Positions 18,205 to 27,573 of a stretch of DNA of 64,000 nucleotides are shown one piece after another (positions within the stretch are counted from its first letter, which is position 1; every line of letters begins with the position of its first letter). The position numbers were made by a program, and so were the translations under genes. The notes beneath the pieces were generated by a model that saw only the letters and a program-made list of their open reading frames with translations, had not been told where the DNA came from and did not search any database. Origin of the DNA: Candidatus Latescibacterota bacterium (lineage in GTDB: Bacteria > Latescibacterota > UBA2968 > UBA8231); assembly GCA_965215195.1 (NCBI GenBank), contig CBDCDC010000002.1, forward strand, positions 1,600,001 to 1,664,000. Reading direction: 5' to 3'.

Positions 18205-19188
18205 TCACCGCACTTTCCGCGGCAGGAAGAAACCGAGGCCCCAGTTCAGGTGCATGGTCGCGAGGACCAGCGGGAGGAGGAGCGCGGCGAGCGTGCGGCG
18301 ACGGATTCCGACCACCAGCGATCCAACCGTCAGGGTGAGGACATAGCCGAGCGGCATCACCGCCGCCCAAGCACTTCCAGCCCCAGCTAGGCCGGCCGAG
18401 GCCGCCAAGCCCAGCACCAGCAGCGGGGCGGCGCTCTGTCGAAACCGCAGCGAGCGCGGATGCCGCCGCAACACCGCAGCCTTCATCCGGCCATAGTTGA
18501 AATACTGCCGGGCGAGGGCGCGCAGCGTACTGCGGGGCCGGTAGGCAACCGCTAACGCCGGATCGAACCACACCGTCTCCCCGTGTTGCCGCAGCCGGTA
18601 GTTGAGTTCGTAGTCTTCGTTGCCGAACAGGGTGGCGTCGTACCCGCCCACCGCGTCTAGGGCTTCGCGCCGGAACACGCCCAGATAGACGGTGTCGGTA
18701 GGCCCCTCGGGGCCGCCGAGCCGGTAGCGTACGCCCCCCGCCCCGAGGAACGTGGTCATCGCCTCCGCCACGGTCCGCTCGAAGAAGGTGGTGCCGACCG
18801 GCTGCTGCCGGCCGCCGACATTGGCCGCCCCGGTTCGCGCCAGCGTTTCGATGGCGCGCCGCAGGTATCCCGGCAATAGCATCGCATGGGCGTCTAAGCG
18901 CACGATGACCTCTCCGGTTGCTACCTTCATCGCCGCGACAATGCCGGGGGTGGTAAGCTGGTCCGGGTTGGGAATCAGCCGCACCGACGGGTATCGCTGG
19001 CGAACCACCTCGGCGGTAGCGGGGGTGTCGGATCCGTTGGCGACGAGCACCTCTACCGAACCCGCATAATCCTGAGACAGCACCGAGTCGAGGGCCGCCC
19101 CAATAGTCGCCTCCGCGTTGCGGGCCGGGATGACGACCGATACCGCGGGAAGCGGCCCGGAAGAAAATTGAGGGGGGGGATAAGTCAT
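18205..19188 (-). CDS. GT2, succinoglycan ExoA-like glycosyltransferase
   Basis: SVVIPARN, VRLDAH, DTVYLGVFRR, NEDYELNYRL, RQYFNYG and C-terminal TM helices. Confidence 0.88.
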   Translation of the reverse strand: MTYPPPQFSSGPLPAVSVVIPARNAEATIGAALDSVLSQDYAGSVEVLVANGSDTPATAEVVRQRYPSVRLIPNPDQLTTPGIVAAMKVATGEVIVRLDAHAMLLPGYLRRAIETLARTGAANVGGRQQPVGTTFFERTVAEAMTTFLGAGGVRYRLGGPEGPTDTVYLGVFRREALDAVGGYDATLFGNEDYELNYRLRQHGETVWFDPALAVAYRPRSTLRALARQYFNYGRMKAAVLRRHPRSLRFRQSAAPLLVLGLAASAGLAGAGSAWAAVMPLGYVLTLTVGSLVVGIRRRTLAALLLPLVLATMHLNWGLGFFLPRKVR

Positions 19189-19236
19189 TGTTTTTTAACA
19201 ATTTACGTAATGTTTTTACAGGTTGAGCTTACAAAG

Positions 19237-19360
19237 GACACCAGCCCTCAGCCTGCCAAGGATCGAGGGCATCTTGCCCTCGTCGAGGGCGGGACGCCCT
19301 CGATCCCGCACCCAGCGGTAACAGCAGAAAAGGCGTACTCAAAGTAAGGGGTGCCTACTT
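19237..19360. repeat. REP/REPIN-like element, copy 2 (inverted relative to 1-124)
   Basis: Core gatcgagggcatcttgccctcg-t-cgagggcgggacgccctcgatc forms a double hairpin. Confidence 0.8.
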
Positions 19361-19537
19361 TAGGTGGCGGGTACTAAGCAGGTCGAGAATCGGTGGTGTA
19401 TTACAACATCTCACGGCCTTGTATTCTATGGTCGCTACGTGAACAAATCAAGGGATGTTTGAAATTGCAGTCCCCGGATAAAGAGGCAGAACGTCCCCAA
19501 AAATTAAAAGGGACCCACTACCTATTTTTGCCATGCG

Positions 19538-19745
19538 CTAGCGTCCCCTAAACCACAGCTTGAGCACCGTCCCGCCCATAATCAGCTCTTTTTCCGCTGC
19601 GGAAAGATCCGGCAGATGCCAGTCGAGCAAATCCACCAGCTTCTGATACCCCGGCGAATCCGTACACCACATCATGCGATCCGCGCCGTAGGCCCGATAC
19701 ACATCCGCGTCTCTTGTTCCCGGCTTCGCTTGGAGCATCATCGGA
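19538..19745 (-). pseudogene. C-terminal fragment of an amidohydrolase family protein
   Basis: VYRAYGADRMMWCTDSP...LPDLSAAEKELIMGGT resembles the Amidohydro_2 C-terminus; the N-terminus is missing. Confidence 0.75.
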
Positions 19746-19752
19746 GTGGAGC

Positions 19753-20679
19753 CTAGGGCACGTACTCGTGCAGATCTGCGATCCAGTTGTACCCCTCTCG
19801 GTCTTCCCACTTGTGGGCCCCGCCCATGACGAAAATTCGCTCGCCGACATTAGCGGTGGCCATCCAAGCCTTTTTTACCGGCATGGGGGTCTCGCTCGAC
19901 CAAGTGCCAGCGTCGATGTCGTACACTTCGACCTCGGTGTGATAGGGCACCGAGCCGCCCCAGCCGCCAAAAACATAGATTTTGCGCCCCACAGCTAAAC
20001 AGCCCGGATCGCAGCGCGGCGTGGGAATGGGCGGCAGCGGCGACCAACGGCCGCTATCTGGGTCGAAGACATTGAAGTCGGGCCGGGGTCCGTCGCCGCC
20101 GATCCCGGTCGCGACGTAGATCTTGTCTTCTACTACGGCGACTCCGGGCCCTTGCACTGCTTGGGGCAGGGGCACCCCCAAGGTCCAGCGGGCCGTGGCT
20201 GGATCGAAGACCTCAACCCGGGCTAGGTGCCGCTGGCCGATTGCTGGCTCGGCGTTCATGCTGTTGCCGCCGACCGCGTAGATCTTCCCCTTGCAGGCAA
20301 CGGCCACCAGCCCGGCTCGAGGTTTGCTCAAGGGCGCGGCTGCGGACCAAGTCTGCGTCTCTATATTCAAAATCTCGACGCTGTCGCGGATTTCAAAGTG
20401 GTAGTCGTCGCCGCTTTGCTGCTTTTCCTCGTCCGAGCGCACCCGCTTGCCGCCGCAGGCGTAAATCTCGTCGCCGATCCTCGCCGCCCCGAACCACCCC
20501 CGCTGCGTGGGAATGGGCGGTCCCGGCCGCCAAGTGTCGCTGGCTACGTCGTAGATCTCCACGGCGTGGACCGTCTGGTCGCCGGCCCCGGAAATGGCAT
20601 AGATCTCGCCTTCTACAGCAATAGCCTGTAGGTCGTGCCGATTGGTCGGCATCGGTGCTTTTTCGATCCACACTCCCAT
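19753..20679 (-). CDS. Kelch-repeat beta-propeller protein
   Basis: About six repeats of IY..GG.....VE.YD.....W....P; GGAGGA RBS before ATG 20679. Confidence 0.9.
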   Translation of the reverse strand: MGVWIEKAPMPTNRHDLQAIAVEGEIYAISGAGDQTVHAVEIYDVASDTWRPGPPIPTQRGWFGAARIGDEIYACGGKRVRSDEEKQQSGDDYHFEIRDSVEILNIETQTWSAAAPLSKPRAGLVAVACKGKIYAVGGNSMNAEPAIGQRHLARVEVFDPATARWTLGVPLPQAVQGPGVAVVEDKIYVATGIGGDGPRPDFNVFDPDSGRWSPLPPIPTPRCDPGCLAVGRKIYVFGGWGGSVPYHTEVEVYDIDAGTWSSETPMPVKKAWMATANVGERIFVMGGAHKWEDREGYNWIADLHEYVP

Positions 20680-20728
20680 GTGCTCCTCCTTAATGTGCTT
20701 ACTGCGCAACGTCCGTTCCTAATTCTAC

Positions 20729-22744
20729 TCACCATATCAACACAAAATTGCCCTGCTTCCCGGTGATAAAGTCAATCACCAGCCACGTGCCGGCCACGAC
20801 AAAGGCCCCCAAGATCATGCCGACGAAAAAGTAGCGGGTCTGGCGGTACAAAACGCCCCCGCCGTACTTGAGCACCACGCCCTTTATCGCCCAAGCCAAA
20901 AAGACGTTGAACCACATCACCCCAGAGGTGAAGACCGTCCCGGTCATGGCCAAGCCCAGCGGATGAATGGGCCACCACATCACCCGCTGATGCACCCCGA
21001 TCAGCAGCCACATCAGCCCAGCGCCCAAGCCCGTGAACAGCCAGCCGCCCAACTCCGTAGTCGAGGGACTGCGCATCATCATCGAGATATAGGAGAGGGG
21101 AACCGAGGAAGAGGTGAGCCAGAACCAGCTATTGAGATTGATCCCGCCGTGCCGATAGGACAGGTACAGCACAATCCAAAACGCGCCCGCCAAAGTAACT
21201 ACCAAGGCCAGCACCAGACCCCAGAAAAAGGCCCGCTTGCTCCCCCGCACCACCTCGTGGATCATCTTCAGGCTGTTGGCACAGGCCGCCATGGGGAAGG
21301 TAACGATATCCGCCGTCCACGGATAGGTGTAAGCCAGCCCGGTCAAGCCCTTCGGCCCGAGGAAGGCCGAGCCCATGCTGGCCATGACAAAATCGGGCGC
21401 GATGAGCGGTGCCCGCACCAGCGCCACCCCGGCCTCGGCGACAATGCGCGACAAGGCAATGAAAATCAGCATGGCCACCGCGACTAAGAGCAAGACCGCC
21501 ACCAAGGGAATGCCCGAGGCTTCGAGCCACACTACCATGACGACCAACCCCACCAGCACCGTCCACAGAGCCGCCCGATACGACATAATCTCGTCGCCAT
21601 CGCGCTTGCCGCGGCGGCAAGCCCGGCGCGCCACTGCCAGCAAGTGGGAGCGGGCCTTCCACAGCGTATATAGCGCGAATACCAGCATGGCCCCGAGGGC
21701 CTGATGGGTCAGATAAGGGGAACTGGGATTGCTGAACCAGCCCAGTTTTTCCGTGCTGTGGACGCCGAGAATGTTGAAACAGCCCTGCTCAACCAAGGCC
21801 AGCAAATAGAAAAACCAGATGCCCAAGGCTAGGTTGCGGTTGATGAAATAGGAAAAACCCACCAGCGAAAAGGAAAACTCAAAGGGCAAATTGATGGTAT
21901 CGCGGAACAAGTACATACTGGAGCGAAAGTACAGCGACGGCCATTGCGGATAGTAATTGTGCAGGGCGTTGCAGCAGCCCACTAGGACGGGCAGGGCAAA
22001 ACCGATCCACATCTGCGGCTGGCGGAAGACCGCCCCGGCGCGCCCGTTGATCATCTCAATGGGGACCTGCATCATCGGATAGAGCAGGCGTTCCCCTTCC
22101 ATCCACGGCCGGCGCAAAAGCACCATCAGGCCAATTGACACCAAGTAGAGGGCGATGAGGAAAACAGACCAATAGCCCAACGCCTCCAGCCAGCCTGCCC
22201 AAGGCACCGGCACCTCCTTGGGCAGGCCCTCGTAGAAACCTTGGATCAACTGCTCATCGCTGGGGGCGATCCAAGCGGGGACATAGGGCTGGATCAGTTC
22301 ATCCCAATTGTTTTCGGGCGTGGCGTAATAGAAGACCCCGGTGATCATGGGCAGCAAGTGCTCGACCAAGCCAAAGGTGGGAATCGAGGCCGACACCATC
22401 ATCATGGCGTAGATCAGCACCAACTCTTCCCGCCTCAGCGCCAAATTGCGGGCCAAGGCGCCCACCAAGATATTGCCCAACACTAGATAGAAGAACAGGA
22501 AGAGAGCGACTGGGTTGCTAAAGCACCAAGCCATGAAGGTGCCTTGGATGATGGCGTTGGCGTAGATGGTGCCGACGCCAATGAGCAGACACAACAGGGC
22601 GCCCAACAAAAAGGCCCGGATTGAAAGGGGCTGGCTCGCTCCGGCAGGGGTCGTCCCCAAGTGGGCCTCGCTGATAAAGGTCGCGGCCATTCGCTCCCAC
22701 CTCGCCCGTCGAGCACCCGACTCGCTATGGGGGTCTATAAACAC
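20729..22744 (-). CDS. DUF6785/DUF6784-type multi-TM protein (putative transporter)
   Basis: 671 aa; EEL..IY.MM, YYATPENNW, FYEGL..VPW..W, ERL.YP, WWPIHPLG, LKYGG motifs. Confidence 0.72.
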   Translation of the reverse strand: MFIDPHSESGARRARWERMAATFISEAHLGTTPAGASQPLSIRAFLLGALLCLLIGVGTIYANAIIQGTFMAWCFSNPVALFLFFYLVLGNILVGALARNLALRREELVLIYAMMMVSASIPTFGLVEHLLPMITGVFYYATPENNWDELIQPYVPAWIAPSDEQLIQGFYEGLPKEVPVPWAGWLEALGYWSVFLIALYLVSIGLMVLLRRPWMEGERLLYPMMQVPIEMINGRAGAVFRQPQMWIGFALPVLVGCCNALHNYYPQWPSLYFRSSMYLFRDTINLPFEFSFSLVGFSYFINRNLALGIWFFYLLALVEQGCFNILGVHSTEKLGWFSNPSSPYLTHQALGAMLVFALYTLWKARSHLLAVARRACRRGKRDGDEIMSYRAALWTVLVGLVVMVVWLEASGIPLVAVLLLVAVAMLIFIALSRIVAEAGVALVRAPLIAPDFVMASMGSAFLGPKGLTGLAYTYPWTADIVTFPMAACANSLKMIHEVVRGSKRAFFWGLVLALVVTLAGAFWIVLYLSYRHGGINLNSWFWLTSSSVPLSYISMMMRSPSTTELGGWLFTGLGAGLMWLLIGVHQRVMWWPIHPLGLAMTGTVFTSGVMWFNVFLAWAIKGVVLKYGGGVLYRQTRYFFVGMILGAFVVAGTWLVIDFITGKQGNFVLIW

Positions 22745-22754
22745 AGAGGGGCTT

Positions 22755-23615
22755 TCAGGGCCGTCGGATACGGTCGGCGTTGCAGAAGTATATACCCTTT
22801 GCCAAGGCTTCGGAGTATAGCTGAATGGTTGAGCGGCACTCGGCGAATGTCTTCTCCAGCAACCGGACGCTCTCCGCCTGCAGAATTACCTCCCTCTGGT
22901 CTTCGGGGAGTGGCACGAAGACCAGTCTGTGCAAGGGCTCGGAGTCTTTAAGGCGTTGCAGCAGGCTTCTCAACCCCAAGGAGCGCAACAGGAGGGCCCC
23001 GGACGTTGCGAGAGTGGAGAGGACTAGGTTGCGGTGGCGAACCGATCTATTGGTGATTCGCGTCTCGACGCGCTCAAAGATGGATACTCCACAAAGGAGG
23101 CTCAGGTGGCGGAACACCTGCGCCGGACTCTCCACGAGCGTCGAAAACTCGAGCGAGAGCACATCGACGCCAAGGCGGTATATCTCTTCAAGCTGCTTGG
23201 GGGTCAACCTGTCTCGCACCACCGATTGTTCCAACCGGTTTGCGCCCAACCATGCCGCGAGGTGTCCCCGGCTCCTTCTGTACCGGACCATGGAGCGGGC
23301 CCTAGCGCAATGATCCCGGAGCAGGACGACGATCAGGATCCGGACGCCCTGGCCCTTTAACGCGGTCACGCCGGGGCCAAGCAAAGGGTCCTTGTACGCC
23401 AGATTGGAGATGTCGGCGAGGATGCTGCCTTCCCCGCTGAGCCGCCCGGACTTCTTCCAGAAACGCCGCGGCGACCAGTAGTAGCCTGCTTCCTTGATCT
23501 CTGGAAACGCAAACTGGGGATGCTGTCTAAGGTTTGCATAGAGGAAATCGGTCCCGGAGCGGCCCGGGCCGATCGCCAGCAGATAGTCGTAGTTGGGATG
23601 TTGGTCTTTATTCAT
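22755..23615 (-). CDS. Sulfotransferase-like protein
   Basis: IGPGRSGTDFL..NL.QHP....PEIKE PAPS-binding-loop-like N-terminus. Confidence 0.7.
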   Translation of the reverse strand: MNKDQHPNYDYLLAIGPGRSGTDFLYANLRQHPQFAFPEIKEAGYYWSPRRFWKKSGRLSGEGSILADISNLAYKDPLLGPGVTALKGQGVRILIVVLLRDHCARARSMVRYRRSRGHLAAWLGANRLEQSVVRDRLTPKQLEEIYRLGVDVLSLEFSTLVESPAQVFRHLSLLCGVSIFERVETRITNRSVRHRNLVLSTLATSGALLLRSLGLRSLLQRLKDSEPLHRLVFVPLPEDQREVILQAESVRLLEKTFAECRSTIQLYSEALAKGIYFCNADRIRRP

Positions 23616-23809
23616 GTCTCATACTGTGATACGCAGTTGAAAACGGTATCGCAATCAAGTATAGTCTTTTAGGAAAATGGCGAACACTCGGCTGCCCCGA
23701 ACAGCCGAAATGTGGCATTCGGGCAACTGGCTTTCAAGGAAAAAACTTTATTACCACTGACGCTCTGCCGCAACCAAGCACCTCCGGCCAACGGGAAGTA
23801 GTAATTCTG

Positions 23810-25087
23810 TTGGTCATCCAAGCAGTGTACATCGCCGTAGGCGTATTGACCCAAAGTCTCCTCGCCTACACCCTCTTGACTGAAGGCCGGGGTGCCTACT
23901 TCGTCTGCGCCCTCTTTGGAGACCTAGCCGGTGCCGTCTGTACGCTGGCCGCCGGGCGCGGGGTTCAGTACTTCGTAATGGCGAAACGCATGAGTGTTTC
24001 CGAGGGTACGTCCATCGCCCTTACCGTCTGTCTGCTGGGCAGCGCAGTGGCCGTGGCGGCCGCGTTGCCGTTAATCCACAGCGGGTTCAGCTTCTTTCTC
24101 AAAGCCGACAAAAGCTCGTTCTACCTCGCGCTCTTGCTGATTCCCTCCTCGTCCCTCGTGTTTGCCGCTCGGCTGCAAATGCAGGGACTGCGGCGGTTCG
24201 CGCAACTTGCGGGAATCTCCTTGGTTCAGGCGGCAGTCAAAGTAGTAGCCATTCCAATTCTGGTGTGGGGACTGGGCCTCGGCGTCAACGGAGCAATTCT
24301 GTCGTTGCTCCTAGGACACCTAGCCCTAATCGTGGCCTCGGTCGCAGACCTCCGGTGGCATTGCGGGCTTGTCTTGGAGTGGCCCTCTCGGGAGGGGATA
24401 AGGCGGGTGCTCATCTACGGTCTCAAGGAATACGTCGCCAGAATCGGCCAGTTACTGGACCCCCGGATCGGAGGTCTGCTGCTGGGCATCGTGGCCGGCC
24501 GCGCCGACATCGGGCTCTTTGCCACGGGCAACGCCCTGATAAATCGCTTCCTCACGCTCTCAACCGCAATCTCCACCAGTTTGCTGCCCCGGGTAGCCAG
24601 CGACGACAGGGGGCGGCCGGAACTGGCCGCTTTCTGCGCCCGCATTACGTGGTGGACCATCGGGGGCTTGGTCCTCGCCTGGTTCGCCATTAGCACTCCC
24701 CTAGTGCCCCTGCTCCTTTCGGAAGCCTTTACGCCGATAGTCCATCTGACCTGGATAATGTCCATCGGGGTGCTGGGCTATGCCGGTACGGAGATATTCG
24801 TGGCTTACTTCCGGGGAATCAATCGTCCCGAGGTTTTCTCCTATGCGATGTGGCTAAGCCTATCCGCCAACGTCGTCTTTTTCTTTGCCTTTTACCCGCA
24901 ATGGGGGCTGACGGGCGCAGCATGGGCTTTGACGGGCGGACTGCTCTGTCGCAGCTTTTTTCTGTGGTTGATGTTCCAGCGGGCCACCGGCTTACCCCTG
25001 TCCGCCGCCCTTATCCTTCGACGCACTGACGTGGCGTACTTGTGGACCGCCGGCGCGAGCTTGGTCCGTCGTACGGCAGCGCGATGA
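23810..25087 (+). CDS. Wzx-type oligosaccharide flippase (start uncertain)
   Basis: LLAYTL..EGRGAY, IGLFA, YPQWGLTGAAWA, many TM segments. Confidence 0.82.
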   Translation: MVIQAVYIAVGVLTQSLLAYTLLTEGRGAYFVCALFGDLAGAVCTLAAGRGVQYFVMAKRMSVSEGTSIALTVCLLGSAVAVAAALPLIHSGFSFFLKADKSSFYLALLLIPSSSLVFAARLQMQGLRRFAQLAGISLVQAAVKVVAIPILVWGLGLGVNGAILSLLLGHLALIVASVADLRWHCGLVLEWPSREGIRRVLIYGLKEYVARIGQLLDPRIGGLLLGIVAGRADIGLFATGNALINRFLTLSTAISTSLLPRVASDDRGRPELAAFCARITWWTIGGLVLAWFAISTPLVPLLLSEAFTPIVHLTWIMSIGVLGYAGTEIFVAYFRGINRPEVFSYAMWLSLSANVVFFFAFYPQWGLTGAAWALTGGLLCRSFFLWLMFQRATGLPLSAALILRRTDVAYLWTAGASLVRRTAAR

Positions 25088-26208
25088 GCAGCAAAATTCT
25101 CTGCATCCTCCCCACCATGACCGACACCCGAATCGCCCGTCGCATCGACATGCTCAACCGCGGCGGATTTGCCGTTGAGGCGGTCGCCTTTGCGCGACAC
25201 CAGCTTGCGGGGCGTCGGCCGGACTGCCCGGTCCAGCGGTTGGGGCGAATTCCGCATCGGAGATATGTTGCCCGCATAGGCAAGCTCCTCGCTGCGGCGC
25301 ACAAGGTGCGGCGAGCGATTCGCCGCAACGAAATCGTTTATGCTTTCAACTCCGACCTCGCTTTCCTCGCGACTATTTCCAGCATGGGATTAAACCGTCC
25401 CCTCGTGTTAGAGGTCGCAGACATTAAGGACGTGCAAGTGGCCGGCGGCTGGAGCGGCCGGGCGGTGCGGGCCCTAGAGAAACTAGCGGTGGACCGCTGT
25501 AGTTTGCTGGTGCTTACAACCGGCGGTTATCGTTCCTACTACCAGCGCTGGTTGGGTGCAAAAACGCCCAGCCTAGTTATCGAAAACAAGCTGGACCCAG
25601 CGTTCGCCAAGTCAATACCCGGGCTGGACCCGCCCCCGCCAACGGACCGACGCCTGCGGATTGGCTGGTTTGGCAGGCTGAGAGATGAGTGGACGATGCG
25701 GGTTATAGAGGAGTTGATTAGGCTGGCGCCGCACAAGTTCACCGCCGTTCTGGCCGGCACACCCTCTCCGTTTTTGGCGGATTTTTCAGCCAGAGTTGGC
25801 AACAGTCCCAACGTCGACTATCGAGGCGGGTACAGCTATCCAGCAGACCTGCCTGCTCTGTACAACAGCGTCGACTTGGTGATGGCTTGTTATCCGCCCG
25901 AGATTCCGCATGGATGGTCCCAGTCGAACAGGTACTACGAAGCCTGCCTATTCCGCAAGCCACTTATCGTGCGCGCCGGCTGTTCGGACGCCGACGGGGT
26001 GCGAAGGCACGACATTGGCATGGTCATTGACGCGGTTGCCATTGAGGAGGCCGCCGCCGCCATCAGCGAAGTGCCACCGCAGGATTGGATACGGTGGCGC
26101 GACAACGCCGCTGCGTTGCCGCCGCACGTCTATCTGTCCATCAACGAGGCCAATATCTTGGCGAAGGCCCTCCACGAGGTTGGGAACGGGGCGTCGCAGT
26201 GCTTGTAG
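25084..26208 (+). CDS. GT-B glycosyltransferase, ExoL-like
   Basis: ATGA overlap with the flippase; RRI.ML..GG, LEVADI, IENK, RIGWFG.LR, Y.YP.DL..LY and NRYYE motifs as in ExoL. Confidence 0.75.
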   Translation: MSSKILCILPTMTDTRIARRIDMLNRGGFAVEAVAFARHQLAGRRPDCPVQRLGRIPHRRYVARIGKLLAAAHKVRRAIRRNEIVYAFNSDLAFLATISSMGLNRPLVLEVADIKDVQVAGGWSGRAVRALEKLAVDRCSLLVLTTGGYRSYYQRWLGAKTPSLVIENKLDPAFAKSIPGLDPPPPTDRRLRIGWFGRLRDEWTMRVIEELIRLAPHKFTAVLAGTPSPFLADFSARVGNSPNVDYRGGYSYPADLPALYNSVDLVMACYPPEIPHGWSQSNRYYEACLFRKPLIVRAGCSDADGVRRHDIGMVIDAVAIEEAAAAISEVPPQDWIRWRDNAAALPPHVYLSINEANILAKALHEVGNGASQCL

Positions 26209-26217
26209 GGGCGGCCC

Positions 26218-27573
26218 TTACCTCTGGCCCAAGAAAAAGGGCACGGACCACTCCCGGCAGCCGCGTTCCTTCGCATAGACGCCAATTAGCACCCCGGCAG
26301 CCGCCCACCAGATGGCAGCGTACTGAAAAGACCCGATGAGGACATTGGGTTCAAACAGCGAAGCGATGAGGCCAGACAGTACAATGAGGGTCAACACAAC
26401 GGTCTTGGCCCTATGCTCCTCGGCGTCCGGCTTGGCAGTAAGCAGCCGAAAGGCAAAGACGAGGATGAAGCCAATCATAATCACAAACCACAGCGGCGCG
26501 AGGATTCCACTGTAAACCGCCCACTTAATCCAAAGGTTGTGAATCTCGATTTGCGGCTTCCAGCGTCCCGCAACCAATACCTGCTTTATTCCATGCCCGA
26601 GAAAGGGCCGCTCGGCAATCCGCTTGAGGCCGGTCCGGTAAATGCTAAGTCGGTTGGTGCTAGCCGAGTCCAGCTTGGTAATGATCCGGGTTGTGGCGGC
26701 TGGCGGGAGGGGCGCAACCTCCGTCGTCGGTTGCGCCGCCGGAAGTAGCAGCCGGTCTAGTCCCAGATGCTCGGAGCATGATTTGTCAAAAGCGGCCATC
26801 CCGATCAACGCGATCCCTGCGGCAAGGCTTGAGAGGGCAAACCATCTCGATGCTCTCAGGAAAGCCAATGCGATGAGCGAAACCGCCGCTGCCAAGAAGC
26901 CGGTGCGTCCGCCGGTCGCGAACAGGGTTCCCAGCAGGATGCCTGCCGACGCGATATTAATCAGGGTCGCACAACGCCCTCGCACCATTCCCATCAGGAG
27001 GACTACGACGGGCAGGAAGAGGGCCAAGCTGATGGACCATTGCGTTTCGCCCGATCCGAACCCTTTGTTGTACTCCCAAAATAGGTCACAGGGGCCAGGA
27101 TTATCCGGTATCCTGACGAGCATAGTCACCAGCGGAACGGCGGCCAAGGCCGTGATGACCACCAAGGCGCGGACGAAGATGACGGTGACGTTTTCTCCCT
27201 GGCGCGCCAGCCAGAAAAAACACCACATAAACCCCGCGGCGTACCCGATGTCCATGACGAACATGAGGCTTAGGGACAACTCTCGGGCTTGGACCAGCCC
27301 CGGGGCCGAAAGGAGGATAAGAGCCAAAAACCCCGCCGGCCCCAGCGCCCCCGCCGGCAGCCGCAGCCGGCCCGACCACAGCGGGGGAACTAACACAACC
27401 GCTACCCCCGCTACCGCCAGCGCGCCCTTGAACAGGCGCAGATACTCGTCGCCAAGGCCCGGTAGGTGATAGACCGGAGCCAAGCCCAGATAAAGGCTGA
27501 GCAGCCAAGTGTACCGATGGCGGTTCGCGAACGTATCTAAAACCCATGTGCCAGTCTCTACGATGACTTTCAT
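26218..27573 (-). CDS. O-antigen ligase family protein (paralog B)
   Basis: TGGRTG, R..IY..G...I.ERPFLGHG, HNLWI motifs. Confidence 0.85.
   Translation of the reverse strand: MKVIVETGTWVLDTFANRHRYTWLLSLYLGLAPVYHLPGLGDEYLRLFKGALAVAGVAVVLVPPLWSGRLRLPAGALGPAGFLALILLSAPGLVQARELSLSLMFVMDIGYAAGFMWCFFWLARQGENVTVIFVRALVVITALAAVPLVTMLVRIPDNPGPCDLFWEYNKGFGSGETQWSISLALFLPVVVLLMGMVRGRCATLINIASAGILLGTLFATGGRTGFLAAAVSLIALAFLRASRWFALSSLAAGIALIGMAAFDKSCSEHLGLDRLLLPAAQPTTEVAPLPPAATTRIITKLDSASTNRLSIYRTGLKRIAERPFLGHGIKQVLVAGRWKPQIEIHNLWIKWAVYSGILAPLWFVIMIGFILVFAFRLLTAKPDAEEHRAKTVVLTLIVLSGLIASLFEPNVLIGSFQYAAIWWAAAGVLIGVYAKERGCREWSVPFFLGQR

Noticed and set aside
17020-18390. 456-aa plus-strand ORF and its partial twin at 15864-16517
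   Set aside because: Antisense to the AAA genes; repeated only because the genes are duplicated.
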